Shown here: positions 26,497 to 40,673 of the stretch, in pieces
Layout: each line of letters opens with the position of its first letter
Position numbering within the stretch: position 1 is the stretch's first letter
Origin: Octopus bimaculoides
Lineage: Eukaryota
Direction: 5' to 3'
Assembly: GCF_001194135.2 (NCBI RefSeq)
Contig: NC_068983.1
Location: forward strand, 85,912,898 to 85,976,897
Length of the DNA: 64,000 nt
Translations under genes and position numbers: made by a program
Notes under the pieces: model-generated
What the model saw: only the letters and a program-made list of their open reading frames with translations
Databases searched by the model: none
What the model was told of the DNA's origin: nothing

Positions 26497-28077
26497 CTGA
26501 AATTAGCAAAAGCAGAAGAAGAGATTAACAATCAATAAGTAATACACACTATTTGATGGGTAATCATACACAACATGTAAAGTGGTATATGAGCAAGGAA
26601 TGACAAACATTGGGTTTCAATTTTCATTCTAGATTTTATTTGGTATCTATGTAGTTGTTTAGCTCCAGGTCAGACAACTAAGCAGACCTGTGATCAAAGG
26701 TAATCCAATCATGGCCATCCTGCTTTCCTTTTTTTAAAATTTCTAAATTTATTTATTCAGACTTAGCATTATATATAGAACAAAATTAATCCATATACTT
26801 TAAACATTTTTCTTTAAGATGGTAAAGTGTAAAATGAGGGAGATTTGGCTGTGCTTTCTGAGTAGGTTGCTTCATACTCGTGAGAGAGAGAGAGAGGATA
26901 TGTGTGAGTGTGTGTGTGCATGTGCGTGCACACATACAATCTTTTGATCAAGTACTAGGGTTGTTGTGTTTGTCTAAATCCTTGAAGATGGTGCTTCAGC
27001 ATGGCCACAGCCCAATGACTGAAACAAAAGGTAAAAGGCAAAAGACAAGTACAACATCACGAAATCTTTGATAGGGAAGTGGTAACCATAACTGATGATA
27101 TAGGCTCCCTCACCGTACTCATCTGGTACTTTAATTTTATTGAAACCTGATGAATGAATGGCAAAATGGATTCCAGCAAGACCTGAACTCAGAACTTGAT
27201 GCTTCGTGAAATTTGCCAACAGTACAGTTGCTCCACCACTCCTTTAACGACTCATTCACTGTTCCTTCCTGTGCGTTATTCTATGTACTGTTTGTACAAT
27301 TCATGCACTTTTGTCTACTTTTTCTGATGAGTTTTGGTGTGCCTGGCCACTGTATACAATAATTTCATTATTATTATTATTACAATAAGCATGCTGGTTG
27401 AATTGCTTAGTGGTATTTCATCTGCTGCTATGTTCTGAGCTAAAATTCTGCTGAGGTTGACTTTGCCTTTCTTCTTTTTGGGGTCAATAAATTAAGTACC
27501 AGTCAAATATTGGGGTCAGTGTAATCGACTATCCCCCTCCCCCAAAATTGCTGGCCTTGTGGCAAAATTTGAAACCATTATTATTATTAAACACTGCAAA
27601 GATTTTTATCTGTTACTCACTGTACTTATTGGCAAGGCTACATATTGACTAGGATGTTCCATGAGGTTAAGACACGTTCAGTGTTGTCTTTTGTACTTAG
27701 GAAAATGTAAAATGATCATATTAGTTTTCAAGTAACTTTCCTCTTCTGCCACAATTTCATCTTACAATTAGTTTTTAATGTTCTATGCATATAAGTGCTT
27801 CCACCCACTTAACTATGAAAACAGAAACAACCTTGGACTTAATGATTCTATAAATAAGATGCCAAGAGAGACAGGGTACAATCAGAAAATTATTCCATAA
27901 GACTTTTACATAATTTCTAATAGAAAATAATGATACCAAGTAAGGGAGAGAACTAAAATAACACAGACGCTTGATTTTATTCAAGCTAAGTTGATACAGA
28001 CTAATAAGAATGGTGAATGGACACAGAAGTTGTGATTTTCAAGCCAAGATTAAGAGCATAAGTGATGTAATTTAAAC

Positions 28078-28219
28078 CAGTCGTGGGTAAACTGCACTCA
28101 GCAAGACTTCCTGAATGATATAACTAATGAAAAATTAGCTTGAATTCTTCAGTTGGCCTGTCTGATAATGAGTCATATCTCATGCAGCTTGCTTCTTGAA
28201 AAAGGGTTGCCCATATTCA
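28078..28219. mobile_element. Old hAT MITE
   Basis: Decayed TIRs cagtcgtgggtaaac/ggttgcccatattca; perfect TSD ATTTAAAC. Confidence 0.6.
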
Positions 28220-28446
28220 ATTTAAACAGCACTGATTAAGAAGTCAAACAAGGTTGACTGACTTCAAACAGAACCATGCTTCGATAAAAAAGGGCATTTT
28301 TTATCATGTCAATGGTGCAGTCATGCATTGCTTTCTCTTGTTGCATAGGTGGTGAGGTGGGTGAATGAGAGAGAAAGAGAGGGTGATAGAGAAAGTAATA
28401 GAAGACCATAGTGAAAGAAAGGAGTGTGATGGCGGGCAATGGGGAG

Positions 28447-28551
<105 letters not shown>

Positions 28552-28639
28552 TCAAATGTAATAGGACACTCCAAACCGCCATTCCCATCATCTTTTCTTT
28601 TTACATCTGTTTTTTATGTTGTCATGGGTTGAGACAATT

Positions 28640-29440
28640 TTCTCCAGCTCAACAATTTCACCACTTGTCATGATCCTTTGTCATCTCCTTCAAGAGATTC
28701 AACCACTCAAGATTGTCTTCACTATTTCTTCCTTTGCCACAACTTCTCTCTACTTGGAACTTCTTTATACAACTGATATCCTCCAGCTCATCTGTGTTCT
28801 CTTGTTCATGCACACTTAAATTTAAATTCCAGAACTTCTAGGAGGGCAGGCTCCTCTTATTTCTTTCCAGCATTTGAAAATCGCTCACATTAAAGGATTA
28901 TGTTTTGCTACCATGCAACATTGCATTTTGTACACAAGAATCACACCATTTACTCATGGATACTGAGAGTACTGTGTTGCCAGCAGATGTAATAGCACCC
29001 AGAACTTATGCTATTCATTTCTTACTCTGGCAACTATACTTTCAGAATATTCATCTTCACTGCTAGTTAGGTCAACTAGATAACTAAAGCTACTGACTAC
29101 TTCAGGCATTTGAAAGAATTTAATCCATGCACACTATTATTGGTAGCAACAACTGTGCATTTGCCACTTACAAAGTCTACCGTCTCTGCCAGTCAGTGAT
29201 CCCACCACATCCCTTGTACATCCAAAGTTTACATTGAATGTACAGGAGATTTGGGTTTTTACCACCTCCTTTCCTGCATAATGAGTTTGGCCACTTTTCT
29301 GAAGGCAGCGGTTTTACTTTCTTTCCTTCTAATTAAAACTTCAGTCCTTGTAAGGTTTACTTTGTGGCCTCTTGATTCTAGATTCTTCTTTAAACCTTCT
29401 ACAAATCCAGCTATAAAAACTAGCTAAATTAGCATATTTA
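28640..29440 (-). mobile_element. Degenerate RTE LINE RT C-terminal region with Cys-rich segment
   Basis: Minus strand LKKNLESRGHKVNLTRTEVLI, then a decayed C..CRKG.G...C..C..W..K.C segment; RTE-end similarity near 28640-28810. Confidence 0.6.
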
Positions 29441-30529
29441 AGTTCTCATGAATGACTAATTCTAAACTCCTCTGTTATAGCTGGGGGGAACTATAATGAA
29501 GAGAAAGCGAGCTGAGAACTGAGTCTTGGTGGATACATCCACACTAATATAAGCATTGATGGACATCTATATTCCCTATTTAATTCATTGTCATTTCTTA
29601 CTTTGTAGATGGCTGTAATACTCTGAGATATTCTGTGAGTTTCTATTAAGTGTTTATCGACTGCCATGACTACGGTTTCATAAGACCAATCAAGCCAAGT
29701 GAAATCTTAGTTGTGGCAGATACAGGTCTCATGCAACTGTCACCTGTGCCATACAACAAAACCACCATAAACAAAAAAAAACAAACAAGAAACTCAGAGC
29801 CCTATAATAAGTTTAACCCTATGAGAACCAGAATTTAAATAAAAAGCAACTTTGAACCATGAAAAAAGAATTCTTGGTGAAAATGATTTGAACAACCAAC
29901 CTTTCTGTCCTGTTGCCCTCTAACCAATCTATTCATTTACCAACATCATCCATTCTGTGTGTATATATATATATATATTTGAATGTTGGGCCTCACGGAG
30001 ACAATGACTAGCGACTGAGACATTTGGAGATATGCCGTGCATAATGAAGACCCCACTAAGCCAAGTGAAATCATAGTTGTGGTAGATACTGGTGTCACGG
30101 GACTGGCACCTGTGCCAGTGGCATGTAGAAGCACTCATTACACTCTTGGAGTGGTTGGTGTTAGGAAGGGGATCCAGCTGTAGAAACCATGTTAAATCAG
30201 ACTGGAGTCTGGTGCAGCCCCTAAGCTTACCAGCCCTGGTCAAACTGTCCAACCCACACCAGTATGGACAACGGATGTTAAATGATAATGAGGATGACAC
30301 ATGCCAGAGAAATGAGATGATATTGCTGTACTATGGGTCTAAGATTGCTGTCTATTTTAAACTGATTTTCTCATCATTGAGTGACCCATTTTCATCAGAT
30401 ATGAGACCAATTCATGGAATATTCTTTCTGTGGAACCCAGTTGTCTTTTGGTGTTAGCATTGACAACGACAGCTTCTGATCCATCTGGATTAATTAGCAA
30501 GATGCCAAGTACCTTGACATCTCCACAAC

Positions 30530-31350
30530 CAAACAAGGGTTCAGTTTTGTCTAGTTCTTAGGGGCACTCATCCTGTTATCACTATGAAGCTGGAAGCTGA
30601 TGTTATTGCTCTTGCTCAGGAAGTGTGCCAGGGACTGACAAAAGCAAAACAAGCAGAATCTGGTTTCCCAATATGGACAAAATGAGAGAAGAAAATGTCA
30701 GAAGTTGTAAAGCTTGTCTGGCCACAACTTCTGTAACTGATATCCCTTTCAGAAAGCCCATGACAGAATTTGTGCATGGACTTTAAAGGACCTATTGAAA
30801 GGAAATCTTATCTTTTTCCTCCTAATAGATGAGTACAGTCATTTCCCTGAAATAGAAATTGTCACAATAACCGTGGTGGACTTGCTTCTGAAGTTTTTAT
30901 ATAGTGTAATGCATCTATGGTATTCCAAAGGTCATAAAAAACGATAATGGATCTTCCTTCCAGTCAGAGGAATTCAAGAAATATGCCAAGCTGCAAGATT
31001 TCATACATAGGTGAATTGAGCCAGAACACCCTGAGAGCAATGGACTTACAATAAGTGTCAGCCCAGCTGAAAGTTTAATTGTACAATCAGACCATTCAAT
31101 GTGATTCAGCCATTAACAGAAAGCAAAAAATTTGTTTCATAAACAAAACCATGTTACTGACTACATATTGGCAACCATGTGCTCATAAAACAGAAGAAGT
31201 CAACAACTGACTCTTTGTCTTTGATCCTTGACCCTTCACAGTAACTGAAATGAAAAGCTCAATAATCACAAGGGAACAGGCTAATCAGAAACTAACTCAT
31301 AATGCATTCCAGTGGAAATATCTCCTGGACAGAGCAGCATGTGTGTGCCT
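30530..31350 (+). mobile_element. Ty3/Gypsy LTR retrotransposon integrase relic
   Basis: Frameshifted DVIALAQEVCQGLTKAKQ..IWFPNMDK..VRSCKACLAT (zinc-finger region), LCMDFKGP, IDEYSHFPEIEIV, GIPKVIKNDNGSSFQSEEFKKY, PEHPESNG. Possible PPT+TG LTR start near 31564. Confidence 0.85.
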
Positions 31351-31799
31351 TACAGGGAGAAAGGCAAAGGAGTACAACAGTAATAGTGACTAAGAGGATC
31401 TAGGCCTGCTGATCACGGACATCTACAGAATGCCAAAACGCAATCTACAAAGATAGCAGCAGATGTCAATCATCGAGTGGTGTCAGAACTTCGATACAGC
31501 AATAGAAATCATTGACCTCTGCCTTATCTTTGTGCCTATCTTCAGAACTGAGATGGGTAGAGGTGTGATATTCTGAGAAGTTCTAGTTTAATAAATAGGG
31601 AGTTACCTCCCTTGCAGGACACTTAACGGCACATGACAGGAAGTGGGGGAGAATATAATGGTGGTTTCCTAGAATGCATGAGAGCCTTTTGCTGTGAATT
31701 TCCTAGTGGCGCATATGAATTCGGATATTGATGCACAATGTTCATTTTATGGACTATATTCTCAGGATGGCAGCCTAGTAGGTCATTATTCTTTGACGC

Positions 31800-32090
31800 A
31801 AATCCAACCCTTCTATCAAAGAAGGCATTTCAATGGCATCTCTGTATATGGCTTGCAGCTTCTTACAATCCATTTATCTACACCTTATTTCTTTTTTCCT
31901 TTTTATCTACCATTAGACAACTGAATGTGGAACCCGGCCAAAAGCCTTCTGCAGGTCAACAAATGCTAGGTGAAGTGGCTTATTACTCGTTAAATACTTT
32001 AGTAGCTGCCTCACTCAGAAGAGGCACAACTATTACCCTGCTTTCGCACAAACCTCATCTCATCCAGGTTAATTCACTTCTGTTTGTGCT
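31800..32090 (-). mobile_element. Degenerate RTE reverse transcriptase fragment
   Basis: Minus strand KPLHLAFVDLQKAFGRVPHSVV, matching the RT motif AFVDLEKAFDRVP. Confidence 0.75.
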
Positions 32091-32220
32091 GTAACTCTTT
32101 CAGTAACTTTTATAACTGGTCCATCAATTCGATGCTTCTGCAGTTACCACTCTCTAGAACATTTTCATTGCTCTTGCTTCTTAATGACACTGTTACACCA
32201 AAGTTGAGTATGATGTGTCC

Positions 32221-32531
32221 TATGAAGTAGTATCAAAAGGTTCCCAGACTAGTTCTGTAGGGTGCCAATAGATAGCAGGACATGGCTGTGTGTGCAGTGA
32301 TGGCTAGCAGTGACCTTCATGAGGCAGTGTGCTTCACAAGTTGTGCTTTTGTGGTCACGTCTATGCTGTAGTCTGTGATTTTGTCATGGACAGGAAGTTG
32401 GAACAAAGAGCCAATGTGAAATTTTGCATTAAACTTGGTAGCTATTTTGAAGGAGATGATGTTAAACCTTAGGTAAATAAGTTATTTTATTAAACATAAC
32501 TAGTCCAGAAACTTTTTGATATCACCTAATA
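32221..32531 (+). mobile_element. Internally deleted mariner derivative
   Basis: TIRs tatgaagtagtatcaaaaggttcccagactagt / actagtccagaaactttttgatatcacctaata. Transposase start MDRKLEQRANVKFCIKLG at 32386, then truncated. Confidence 0.8.
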
Positions 32532-33632
32532 CTCTGCTAAATATTTCTTATCCATAATGGACCAGCTCAGCAGCCTTCATTTCTTTAATCATGCTTTTGA
32601 CCACACAACTGTCAACTGCTGATCTACTTGGCATTTCCCATGCATTCCCCTCATACAATGGCTTGCAATAGCATTTCAATGCCTCTTTCACTTTGGTATA
32701 ATTGAGAGCCAATATGCCACTGACATTCTTGCAGCATCATGTAAAAAAAAAAACATCTGTGCTGGTGCCATGTAAAAAGCACCCAGTACACATTGTAAAG
32801 TGATTTGTGTTAGGAAGGGCATCTAGCTGTAGATACCATGCGAAAACAGACATTTGAAGCCTGAGTAGCTCTCCAGTTGACCAGCTCTTTTCAAACCATC
32901 CAAACCATGCCAGCATGGAAGACGGACATTAAATGATGATGATGATACTATAAACACTCCTTCACAATGATGCTTCTGAACCTCATGTCACTGAACATGC
33001 ACAAACATGTAACATTAGGGTTCTCATTTTGCTAAATATACCACACGTCCAGATCATCATCTACCTACATGACACTGCCTTCTCTCTATTTTCTTGTAAT
33101 CTTTCAATGTCTGTCTAGAGTAAAAATCAATAGCATAAATCTTATGAAATTGAGATATTATTCTGAAGACTATTTTCAGTTTGATTCTATTTAAAAGGTT
33201 ACTTTATATTTTCATAGGAAGATTATATACATATATATATATGCTGAGTGGTTGGTGTTAGGAAGGGCATCCAGCTGTAAAAATCCTGTCAAAACAGTTA
33301 CAGAAGTCTGGTGCTGGCTTCTGCCTGGCTAGCTCTTGTCAAACCATCCCACCCATGCCAGCATGGAAGGCAGATGTTAAACGATGATGATGATCCCGTA
33401 AATCCGTTAATGTGAAACATTTTTGAGTGCACTCATAAAAACTCTTATGCTATCTAATCTGGCTACTACTTATTGTTCCCATCTTCCAGAGATGCTGTTA
33501 TAGTGTAGGATGAATATAGTATTAACAAGAACTTTTGGATGGAAATTCATAAATCCTTTAATGCATTGCTATGTATGTTTCCACAAACTCCATCTTTTAG
33601 CTGTATTCCACATCCATAGGATTTTACAACAG

Positions 33633-34161
33633 ATGTAGTGTACAAGAGAGAAGACTGCATTGGTATCGCCATGTAATGTGTATAAATGAAGACAGTTGCA
33701 TCAAGAAGTATCAATCTCTAATTGTAGAGGAAATGTAGAAGGGGTAGACCCAGGAAGATGTGGGATGAAGTGGTGAGAAAAGATTTACAGACGTTTGAAC
33801 TCACAGAGAGGATGACAGGAGACCAAAATTCCTGGTGGTTTGCTGTGGTTGTCAAGACATGTCAAGCTAAGTAAAAGTGCGGTTGCCCTTGCATACAGGC
33901 TCATCCCCTGCAACCTTCTCCAGCTGAGCGTCCCTAATCTTGCAGGCTTGTAGGTACTGGTACCATGTAAAAATCACCTGTGCTCATCCTGCGTAAAAAC
34001 ACCCAGCACACTCTGTAAAATGGTTGGTGTTAGGAAGGGCATCCAGCTGTAGAAACCATGCCAAAACAGACAGGGAGCCTGAATAGCCCTTCAGCTAGTC
34101 AGCTCCAGTCAAACTGTCCAACCCATACCAGAATGGAAAACAGATGTTAAATGATGATGAT
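33633..34161 (+). mobile_element. RTE LINE 3' fragment
   Basis: Degenerate VQERRLHWY..GRPRKMWDEVVRKDL, then 3' UTR and (GAT)n tail. Confidence 0.8.
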
Positions 34162-34637
34162 TTGTAAAATCCATGGATTTTAAGGGGAATATTAATACAC
34201 GTGTTTGTTTCCTCAAGCAAAAGTTGCATTATTTGTAATATCCTATGGATGAGGAATACAACAACTAAAGCATGGAGTTTGTGCAAATGTATGTAGGAAT
34301 GCTTTAAAGGATTTACGAATTTCCATCCTAAGTTCTTGTTTTATATACATATATATATATATATATATGTTGTTCTTTGGTGCATTTCCATATCAACCTT
34401 GATCGAGAAGATTTATGCTCAAAGGAAATCTAAATGTGATCTTTTAGCCTTTTATTTAATCACAGCTTGCTCTTTTATCAGATAGCAAGCTGTGATTTCA
34501 AGGAGAATAATTATATATTTGTGTAGTAAACACCCTGGAGTACAGGCAAACTCTATCAAACTGAATATATAAATCATTTACAATAAAAGTAGGAGATATT
34601 ATATACGAGTCATGTTGTCAATGCTTCTGAGAAAAAG

Positions 34638-34788
34638 CATCCTGAAACTACATCCAGGATTACATCCTGAAACATCATCCAGGATGACATCCTGAAACAT
34701 CATCCAGGATTACATCCTGGAACTTCATCTAGGATCACATCCTGGAACTTATCTAGGATCACATCCTGAAACTTCATCTAGGATCACA
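34638..34788. repeat. 25-bp minisatellite x6 with palindromic unit
   Basis: Unit CATCCTG(a/g)AAC(a/t)TCATC(c/t)AGGAT(t/g/c)A; five 25-mers and one 24-mer. Confidence 0.95.
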
Positions 34789-35157
34789 AGCAATTTTGTT
34801 TCTTTACTGTAAATAAATATCAAAAACTAATATTGAAGATATATGATTTGCCAAATTTTGCAGGAAAGATAGCAGTGGAAGTTGGGCTTCTGAACCCAAT
34901 AGATAACACCTACTAAATGTAAATTGACAGTGGATGGTATGTGTAATAGAAGGCCCTCCCATCTCCTAAAAGGACAAAAAAGCTGAGATGACATCCAAAT
35001 CCGAAGATGTTGGTCTAGAAGTGCCATTGGTGAAGAAAGTAAGGGGAAGAGTCATGAAAGAAAAATCTGAAAAGTAATGATACTGAAGAAAGGCATGCAA
35101 GAAATTGCTACAAAATGACGTGAATGGAAAACTTAATCAGAGTGAAGCAGTACTAAC

Positions 35158-35299
35158 CTTTATGAATTTGATATGAATTTACTTTTTCTCCGGGGGGTCT
35201 GAACAGGTGTTCTTTTTCAAGTGAACTGACAAAGTCATCAATATTGGTCAGGTAACCTGGGGGCATCATTTCTGCTATGGGTTTCTCAACATCGTCGGC
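35158..35299 (-). CDS. HAT1: HAT1 coding exon 5 (ADDVEKPIAEMMPPGYLTNIDDFVSSLEKEHLFRPPGEKVNSYQIHK)
   Basis: Acceptor cttgttctgttgtcag, donor gttagt, 142 nt, phase 0/1. Aligns to human ADDVEGKIRQIIPPGFCTNTNDFLSLLEKEVDFKPFG. Confidence 0.96.
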
Positions 35300-36113
35300 C
35301 TGACAACAGAACAAGATGAGAGGTCATAACAGAAGAACAGGTTACATTTGGGTAAAATGATTAACACAAAAGTTTGTAAAAATTAGGGAGAATAATTAAC
35401 ATCCAGATACATATACAGGTAGCAAGGGTGAAGTCATACTGCTGAATTGTAAATACAAAAAACATCACAGAGTAAACACAGTCTGGTGGAAGAAAATGCA
35501 ACCAAGTAAAACTTAAAATCAAATGCAGTGAAAGGCAATCCATTGATGGGGTGAAACCAGCTCATCATATTCGAAATATATATTACATTACCCATATCTA
35601 TTGAAAGTCTGAGGAAGAAAACTAAATATTAAATATTTTATTAGTACTAATATAACCACAATAACTATGATCACACTGGACTCAAAGGGTTTATGATAAC
35701 CATGGACACAAAAGAGGCAAAGAAAAAGACATGTGGCATGTTCAAATAAAAGCTTCTTTACATTAGCATTTTTAGAATATGAAATTATGTATGTTTTTGT
35801 TTACTTCAATACTATCTCTGATACAAAGGAATAGCTCAGTGTTTTTCATGAAGTTTTGGCAATAGTAAGAATGACATTTCTTGCTAGCCATTCCTTGAGT
35901 CTGCTAACTGAAAGTGAGATAAGTTCTTTTGTTTTTGTTAGGTAAAATGTCAATTCTTATATGAAACATAGCATTACCAACTGAATCAGTACACAACTTG
36001 GAACTTCTTGGTCTGGAGGAGATAAAAGATTAGAGACAGCTTCTGCAAGAATTGAACTTAGTACACAGATGGTAAGACTAAATATTGTAAATATTTAGTT
36101 TGATGTGCTGTTT

Positions 36114-37065
36114 ATCATCATCATCGTCATCGTTTAACGTCTGCTTTCCATGCTGGCATGGGTTGGACGGTTTGACTGGGGACTGGTGAGCCAGATGGCT
36201 GCACCGGGCTCCAATCTGATCTGGCAGAGTTTCAAGAGCTGGATACCCTTCCTAATGCCAACCACTCTGAGAGTGTAGTGGGTGCTTTTACGTGCCACTG
36301 GCACAACGGCCAGTCAGGTGGTACTGGCAATGGCCACACTCAAATGGTGTTTTTACGTGTCACCTGCACAGGAGCCAATCCAGCAGCATTGGCAACGTCC
36401 TCGCTCGAATGTTGTTTACCATGTACCACCGGCACAAGTGCCAGTAAGGCAGTACTTTTTATGTGCCACCACTAGCATGGATGCCAGTCATGTGGTGCTG
36501 TCATCGAATTTGATTTCAATTTCACTTGCCTCAGCAGGTCTTCACAAGTAGAGTTTAGAGTCCAATGAAAGAAAGGTACGCCTAAGCAAGCTGGTTACAC
36601 CACTGGCATAGGCCACAGGTTATGGTCTCACTTGGCTTGCCAGGTCTTCTCCAGCACAGCATATTTCCAAAGGTCTTGGTCACTAGTCATTGCCTTGGTG
36701 AGGCCTAATGTTCGAAGGTAGTGCTTCACCACCTCATCCCAGTTCTTCCTAGGTCTACCTCTTCACAGTTTCCCTCATCCGCTAGGGTGTGACACTTTTT
36801 CACACAGCTATCCTCATCCATTCGTACCACATGACCATACCAGCACAGTCGTCTCTCTTGCACACCACATCTGATGCTTCTTAGGTCCAACTTTTCTCTC
36901 AAGGCACTTATACTCTGTCGAGTATGCACACTGACATTACACATCCAGTGGAGCATACTGACTTCGTTTCTTGCAAGCTTACACATGTCCTCAACAGTCA
37001 CAGCCCATGTTTCACTGCCATGTAGCATGCCTGTTCGTATACATGCGTCATACAGTCTGCCTATT
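36114..37065 (-). mobile_element. 5'-truncated RTE LINE (RT C-terminus + 3' UTR + (GAT)n tail)
   Basis: MLHGSETWAVT..RRLCWYGHVVRMDEDSCVKKC in the ORF track, followed by the family 3' UTR with tandem units. Confidence 0.92.
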
Positions 37066-37767
37066 TTGTTTATTTTCAGCTTGCTTGTACAGAAAGTTTA
37101 AGTAGCCACTAAATTCAGAGTTGGTCATTAGAAAAAGTGGGGCTTTGATCTCAAAATACTGAATGTTACAAAGGAGATGACAGAGGACCAAGATATGTGG
37201 CGCATTGCTGTACTCAAGAAGACTTGTCTACCAAAACAGAATTCAGATCCTAAAACCAAAGTGCCACATAAAAAGCACTGGTGTGGGTATTGGTGCCATG
37301 TAAAAAGCACCCAGTACACGCTGTAAAGTGGTTGGCATTAGGAAGAGCATCCAACCACAGAAACCGAGACAAAACAGACTATGAAACCTGATGCAACCCC
37401 TGGCCTAGTCAGTTCCTGTCAAACTGTCCAACCCATGCCAGCATGGAATGGACATTAAATGTTGGCGATGATCCATGTCGAAAGTATTTCAGATGTGGCA
37501 TATTTATGAGTCATTTCTCTTTATCAAGTTATGAAAGATATTATCTTTGATTTACTACAACAGGGAATATTGTTTTTGGAAATGGCTTTTGTTATGCCAG
37601 TCATTTACTGCAACTCAGGTTTGAACCTGAAACAACATATGTATTATTTTTACACAAAAACAGCAAATGAACAATTCTTAAACTGGATAATTTCACTTTT
37701 GGCTATTGCAAATAATAGACTGTTCCAATAAGTATTATAACAGAAAGAGTTAATTTGCTATTTTGTT

Positions 37768-38582
37768 CAGTGGCTGTGTGGTAAGTAGCTTGCTTACCAA
37801 CCACATGGTTCGGGTTCAGTCCCACTGCGTGGCACCTTGGCCAAGTGTCTTCTACTATACTCTCAGGCCGACCAAAGCCTTGTGAGTGGATTTGGTAGAC
37901 GGAAACTGAAAGAAGCCTGTCGTATATATGTATATATATATATAATTATAAGATCTGGTAATTAGTCATATATTAATATATTAATTAATATCGATTAATT
38001 ANNNNNNNNNNNNNNNNNNNNNNNNNNNNNNNNNNNNNNNNNNNNNNNNNNNNNNNNNNNNNNNNNNNNNNNNNNNNNNNNNNNNNNNNNNNNNNNNNNN
38101 NNNNNNNNNNNNNNNNNNNNNNNNNNNNNNNNNNNNNNNNNNNNNNNNNNNNNNNNNNNNNNNNNNNNNNNNNNNNNNNNNNNNNNNNNNNNNNNNNNNN
38201 NNNNNNNNNNNNNNNNNNNNNNNNNNNNNNNNNNNNNNNNNNNNNNNNNNNNNNNNNNNNNNNNNNNNNNNNNNNNNNNNNNNNNNNNNNNNNNNNNNNN
38301 NNNNNNNNNNNNNNNNNNNNNNNNNNNNNNNNNNNNNNNNNNNNNNCACACACATATATATGTATGTGATGTGTATGTTTGTGTGTCTGTGTTTGTCCCC
38401 CTAGCATTGCTTGACAACCGATGCTGGTGTGTTTATGTCCCCGTCACTTAGCAGTTCGGCAAAAGAAACCGATAGAATAAGTACTAAGCTTACAAAGAAT
38501 AAGTCCCGGGGTCGATTTGCTCGACTAAGGGTGGTGCTCCAGCATGGCCACAGTCAAATGACTGAAACAAGTAAAAGAGTAA
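37768..38582 (+). mobile_element. Composite A-(TA)n-B SINE spanning an N gap
   Basis: Head 37768-37925, AT-rich linker and gap, body 38370-38582. Confidence 0.8.
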
Positions 38583-40673
38583 AACTTGCCAAGTCTCATT
38601 TGGCTATTTATACAACCAGCTTTTGATGATATTCTTACCAACAAATACATAGAAAGTTACCAACTATGATTTTGAAGTTATCTGGTTGGCATTTCATCCT
38701 TACAGTACTGAACAGATAATTGCAAGTTGTTTCAAGTTTCACAGCTTGCATATCTTTCATTTCCTTGTACAGACTAAAACAACAATCAATGTGCAACGTA
38801 CACTCACAAACCATTTTACAGCTATGCAGCTTAAAATTAATTGCAAGATATAAACTGCAGCTTATAGTTGCACATTCTTCAACCTACATTGCATTAACAA
38901 AATCTCTAATTCAAATAGAACTCTTAATTCAGCTAGTCTCAATAAGAGATTTGTGTTCAGATGAATGAGTACCCAAAGCAAAGAAAAGCCCCACATTTTT
39001 GCCACTTCATGTAAATGTATGTTTATTTTCTATCTCTTTCTTTTTGTGCTGTATTAAAAAGGATATTGTAAAATTGAAAGAATTGTAATACACAAATACT
39101 CTGTATAACACATTTTCTATACATGAATTAATAAACATTGACATACAAACGCTTGTAAGACTCATTTTTAAGAATGTATTTATGTACTTTGCTCTTTTTT
39201 TTAATAATTAACACTAATTACTGTTTTATAATAATTATCCCTTATCCTACCATTTAGCTTTAGTAGGTCTATACACTACAATGCAGTGCTCCAGCATGGC
39301 TGCAGCCAATGAAACAAGTAAAAGAATATGTATATACAATTACTTCATTTGTTGTCTTCTTTTTACCATTATTCAATGTTATTTTCTACAATCATAAACC
39401 TTACTTAGTAAATCAGTTATTGTTATACGATTTATCTCAATGCAGTGCAATGAAGGTCAGTGGTATACAAGGAGTTAAGAGAAAGAAAAGATCTAAAAAG
39501 AATCCAAGAAAATATATAAATCTAGTTTGAGTATAAAAACTAGAGCTACAGCTGATTATGTTGCTAGAGTATTAATATATGAGTTGAGGCATAAGCCTAT
39601 AAAATGAAGGTTCAATCCTATGGTTGCACTGTTTCTTAGGTAAAAGTACTCAACTATCAATGGTTCAAGTTACCTGGCTGTAGGTAAGCAACAAAGTGAA
39701 GTTTGATTCAGAGATGTAAGCAGCAAGGGTAACGAAAAGAGAAGAGTGCTTCATTGGATGTGGCCTGCTTCAGACCACATGGTTAAGAAGGCACAAGCAA
39801 AGCTGAATGGTCATGATTCTGCTTCTCATCATGAGGTTCAGAGTTTGATCTAACTGCACGATACTTTGAGCATGTCTTCCATCATAGACTTAGGTCAGTC
39901 CAAGACTGAAATTAGGTACATGGAAACCGCTAGATGGATTAAATATAATTAAAAGGTCAGTCTTGTCACACTCTGTATCACAAAGGGTTTGAGAGTTCCA
40001 TTAAGGGAACAACTGTCTAAAGAATAATCAGCCACTTACATTGAACAAGGAATCCTTTTACTTGAAGGCAACCGAAAATCACTCCAGTCTTCCCCTGAAG
40101 ACAAACTGTTTCAGTGGTGCTTCATTGATCAGGTGAGTTATAGAAATTACTCATTGTCATGAAGTAAAATAAATAAAACTAGTCCAAAAACCTAAACGGT
40201 AAACGTATAGTAACAAATATTTTAATCAAGGTAACATTATAACATACCATGATTCTTTCCTGAGAGCATGACTAGTGTCGAGATTAATATTATATCAATT
40301 AACATGGATGAGTTCTCTAAAAAAGCCCTTGTTGGCTTCTAAGAACCATCAGTGTTAGCTTACTGCATGTAGTGTCTCTTGAGTAAATCAGCTTAGCTGA
40401 ACCTTTTCAAGACATAAAGACGAAAGGAATTAAATTCACTAATAAATGTAATGAAACATTTGTTGACTTTACAATGTATCAATTATTTTATAGCAATGAG
40501 TTGTCCCTACAAATTTTTTTTGCAGCAAAGCAGAATGGAAGCTTAAAGAGGTGTGTTGGCCATGAACACAATGCATTGCAGGTTTCAAGATACAATCTAC
40601 TAGTGCCTTTATCAGTTGCCTAGCACCCTAGTAAATTGGGCATCTGTGGCTCTACATAAATTAACATACTCAC

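Noticed and set aside
30360-30400. Minus-strand CTGATGA...GAAA as a hammerhead
   Set aside because: No stem II or stem I pairing around the motifs.
34638-34788. Palindromic repeat array as CRISPR
   Set aside because: No unique spacers, eukaryotic intron, no cas genes; it is a minisatellite.
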